Assembly: GCA_965227755.1 (NCBI GenBank)
Contig: CBDDGG010000003.1
Span: 220,742 to 284,741, forward strand
Length of the DNA: 64,000 nucleotides
Source: Dyadobacter sp.
Lineage (GTDB): Bacteria; Bacteroidota; Bacteroidia; Cytophagales; Spirosomataceae
Direction of reading: 5' to 3'
Part shown: piece after piece, positions 61,881-64,000 of the stretch
Layout: the number at the start of each line of letters is the position of its first letter
Numbering within the stretch: position 1 is the stretch's first letter
Position numbers and translations under genes: made by a program
The notes under the pieces: model-generated
Database searches by the model: none
What the model was told of the DNA's origin: nothing
What the model saw: only the letters and a program-made list of their open reading frames with translations

Positions 61881-63632
61881 ATGCGTTCCAATTACGACAA
61901 GTTTCCATTTGTTGAAGTCAGCAAATCGTCAGAGCCGTGCCTGGCGGGCTGGGAAAATATCTTCGCGGAGGTGAAGCGTCTTGTCGCGTCGAAAAACAAA
62001 AATAAGACAGTGATTTGCATAGAACTGTATCATGGAGTCGATACAGCGGAAATACGGGATGCGGTCGTGGCGAACCTCGAAACGGTAGCTTTGCTGGACA
62101 CCAGCGATTTCCTGAAAAACGCCGTAGAAATAGGAGAAATGGTACACCCGTTCGTGACGGACGACCCTGTTTTCGGAAAAATGAACGCCCTGGAAATGGA
62201 GGATTTTTTCGAAATGGAGTGGGTGGGCCAGGCGCAGGCCGAGCTCCGGGCGATCGGGTCGGGGACCGTGGTCGTTTTGGGTGAAGGCGCAGCTCTTTTT
62301 GCCGATGCAGACATGCTGATTTACGCAGACCTGGCACGTTGGGAAATCCAGAAGCGTATGAAGCGCAGGGAGGCAGGGAATTTTGGAATGAACAACCCGG
62401 ATGAAGCTTTCGCGCTGAAATACAAGCAAGGCTATTTTGTTGACTGGCGTGTACTGGACAGGCACAAGGAAAGGCTTTTCGGTTTGGTTGATTATTTCCT
62501 GGATACCCACATTGCCGGCAGCCCTAAAATGGTAGGTTCGGAAATATACAGGCAAGGGTTGGATAAGGCCGTCAGCCAGCCTTTTCGCGTAGTACCCTTT
62601 TTTGATCCCGGCCCATGGGGCGGACAATGGCTTAAAGAAGTGGCAGATCTGGACCGCGACGAAGTGAATTATGCATGGGGTTTTGATTGCGTTCCGGAAG
62701 AGAACAGTCTCCTCTTCAAGCTGGGAGAGCATATTTTCGAACTTCCCTCGATCAACCTCGTGCTGACCCGCCCCAAACAGCTGCTCGGGGAGTCGGTATA
62801 CCGGCAGTTCGGTGCCGAGTTTCCTATCCGGTTTGATTTTCTGGATACCATGGAGGGCGGGAACCTGAGTTTGCAGGTGCATCCGACGAGGGCTTATATC
62901 CGGGAGCAATTTGGCATGGATTACACCCAGGACGAAAGTTACTACTTCCTGGAAGCGGGTGAAGATGCCTGCGTATACCTGGGTACGTGCAAGGGCGTGA
63001 ATGCAGTCCAAATGATCTCCGACCTGGAACAGGCGCAGAGTGGCTCGGCGGATTTCGATGCTGAAAAGTATGTCAACAAGCTGCCCGTCAAGAAGCATGA
63101 CCATATCCTGATACCGGCCGGAACGGTCCATTGTTCGGGAAAGAACGCGGTGGTACTCGAAATTTCGGCCACACCCTACATTTTTACATTCAAATTGTGG
63201 GATTGGGGCAGGCTGGGACTGGACGGCAAGCCGAGGCCGATCAGTATCGAGCATGGCAAAAAAGTGATCGACTGGAACCGGGATGAAGATTGGGTAAAAG
63301 AAAACCTGTTTAACAACATTACCGAAATCTCTGTAAACGGGCATTCCAGAGAGGAATCAACCGGGTTGTACAGCACGCAATTTATTGAAACCAGAAGACA
63401 CTGGTTTGATGCCGGGGTGACGCATTACACGCAGGGTAACCTGAACGTAGTAAACCTGGTGGAAGGTGACGAGGCTATCGTGGAGAGTCCCGACGGGCTC
63501 TTTGACCCTTATGTGATCCACTATGCGGAAACATTTATCGTACCAGCCAATGTGCCGGCCTACACGATCTCGCCGTTCGGGAAATCTGCTGGGAAAAAAT
63601 GTGCCACACTGAAAGCATACATCAGGAAATAG
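61881..63632 (+). CDS. long class-I mannose-6-phosphate-isomerase-like cupin protein with ~234-aa unknown N-terminal domain
   Basis: 583-aa ORF starting 2 nt after the ROK stop. The PMI-type core begins ~aa 235: PWGGQW, FPIRFDFLDTMEGGNLSLQVHP, ESYYFLEAG, HDHILIPAGTVHCSGKNAVVLEISATP. Confidence 0.8.
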   Translation: MRSNYDKFPFVEVSKSSEPCLAGWENIFAEVKRLVASKNKNKTVICIELYHGVDTAEIRDAVVANLETVALLDTSDFLKNAVEIGEMVHPFVTDDPVFGKMNALEMEDFFEMEWVGQAQAELRAIGSGTVVVLGEGAALFADADMLIYADLARWEIQKRMKRREAGNFGMNNPDEAFALKYKQGYFVDWRVLDRHKERLFGLVDYFLDTHIAGSPKMVGSEIYRQGLDKAVSQPFRVVPFFDPGPWGGQWLKEVADLDRDEVNYAWGFDCVPEENSLLFKLGEHIFELPSINLVLTRPKQLLGESVYRQFGAEFPIRFDFLDTMEGGNLSLQVHPTRAYIREQFGMDYTQDESYYFLEAGEDACVYLGTCKGVNAVQMISDLEQAQSGSADFDAEKYVNKLPVKKHDHILIPAGTVHCSGKNAVVLEISATPYIFTFKLWDWGRLGLDGKPRPISIEHGKKVIDWNRDEDWVKENLFNNITEISVNGHSREESTGLYSTQFIETRRHWFDAGVTHYTQGNLNVVNLVEGDEAIVESPDGLFDPYVIHYAETFIVPANVPAYTISPFGKSAGKKCATLKAYIRK

Positions 63633-63662
63633 AAAACCAATCATTTCATTTATCGGGAAAGC

Positions 63663-64000
63663 ATGAGCATATTGAGATTGTCTTTATCAGCGTTGCTGAC
63701 CCTGACCATCGCCGTACACGGACAAGCGCAGGAGGAACCCTCCAAAGTAACCGATGTATGGCTTGTTTTCAAGACGCATTTCGATCTTGGATTTACCGAT
63801 CTGCCGGCCAATGTATTTGCCAGATACCGGGAGGAGATGATGGACAATGCGTTGAAAATAATAGACGAGAATGCCAGACTCCCGAAGGAAAAGCGTTTTT
63901 CATGGACCGTTCCGGGGTGGCCGCTGAGTGCGCAGATCCTGGGACCGATGCAGACGCCCGAGCGCAGGCTACGTGTGGAAAAAGCGGTCAGGGAGGGGGC
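63663..64000 (+). CDS. secreted glycoside-hydrolase-like protein, N-terminal fragment (GH38 N-domain/DUF5054-like?); 3' part outside window
   Basis: The ATG at 63663 opens a frame that runs to the window end. Translation: MSILRLSLSALLTLTIAVHGQAQ (signal) ...VWLVFKTHFDLGFTDL... The H-x-D motif is reminiscent of GH38-type N-terminal metal sites. It is absent from the ORF track because no stop is reached. Confidence 0.5.
   Translation, partial: MSILRLSLSALLTLTIAVHGQAQEEPSKVTDVWLVFKTHFDLGFTDLPANVFARYREEMMDNALKIIDENARLPKEKRFSWTVPGWPLSAQILGPMQTPERRLRVEKAVREG

Noticed and set aside
61929-63344. 471-aa ORF on the minus strand, the longest antisense ORF in the track
   Set aside because: It lies entirely inside, and antisense to, the PMI-like gene, which has clear family motifs. 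Its translation is Arg/Pro/His-rich with no recognisable motif. This is a typical shadow ORF.
1-64000. Search for CRISPR arrays, rRNA/tRNA genes, IS elements, integrases, prophage or conjugative genes
   Set aside because: None were recognised by eye in either the ORF translations or the intergenic sequence. The only accessory-looking segment (31209-33189) has no mobility gene or flanking direct repeats that I could find.

Overview
This 64-kb chromosomal segment has the gene content of a Bacteroidota genome of the Cytophagales type. It is Dyadobacter-like, but that taxon is only a guess from gene families and apparent mid-range GC; nothing was computed. The window is dominated by outer-membrane nutrient-uptake loci. 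(1) 1-9356 holds a SusC(3' end)/SusD pair followed by two paralogous PD40-propeller/amidohydrolase fusion proteins flanking an M20 peptidase, with no CAZyme, so it looks peptide-directed. (2) 15488-22500 holds a SusD-less TonB-dependent receptor, an unknown PD40-like secreted protein and an SDR, divergent from an NrtR/AraR-type Nudix regulator whose Nudix box is degenerate. (3) 33190-42631 holds ECF-sigma/FecR/SusC/SusD/GH89. (4) 44720-55807 holds ECF-sigma/FecR/SusC/SusD/GH97 plus a divergent GH95-like protein. (5) 58176-64000 is a SusCD-independent sugar cluster: MFS porter, unknown lipoprotein, ROK kinase, long mannose-6-P-isomerase-like protein and a truncated GH38-like gene. Between these loci lie several smaller units. 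There are two paralogous extended MarR regulators, each divergent from a 4-TM membrane protein plus an oxidoreductase. One of these operons also encodes a lipoprotein with two CxxCH motifs. There is an ECF sigma gene overlapping a gene for a TM-anchored protein with a C-terminal OM-barrel-like domain. There is a stand-alone GH95. There is also a visibly AT-richer three-gene islet: HigB/Gp49-like toxin, XRE antitoxin and a fused nucleotidyltransferase-HEPN protein. I saw no rRNA, tRNA, CRISPR array, transposase or integrase. The most interesting non-coding signal is in both FecR-susC intergenic regions. Each contains an intrinsic-terminator-like hairpin with a T-tract oriented on the MINUS strand, preceded by a minus-strand TAnnTTTG (-7) box. 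This is the layout expected for cis-antisense PUL-repressing sRNAs of the Bacteroides DonS type. All family calls come from motifs read by eye in the supplied translations and need HMM/BLAST confirmation.
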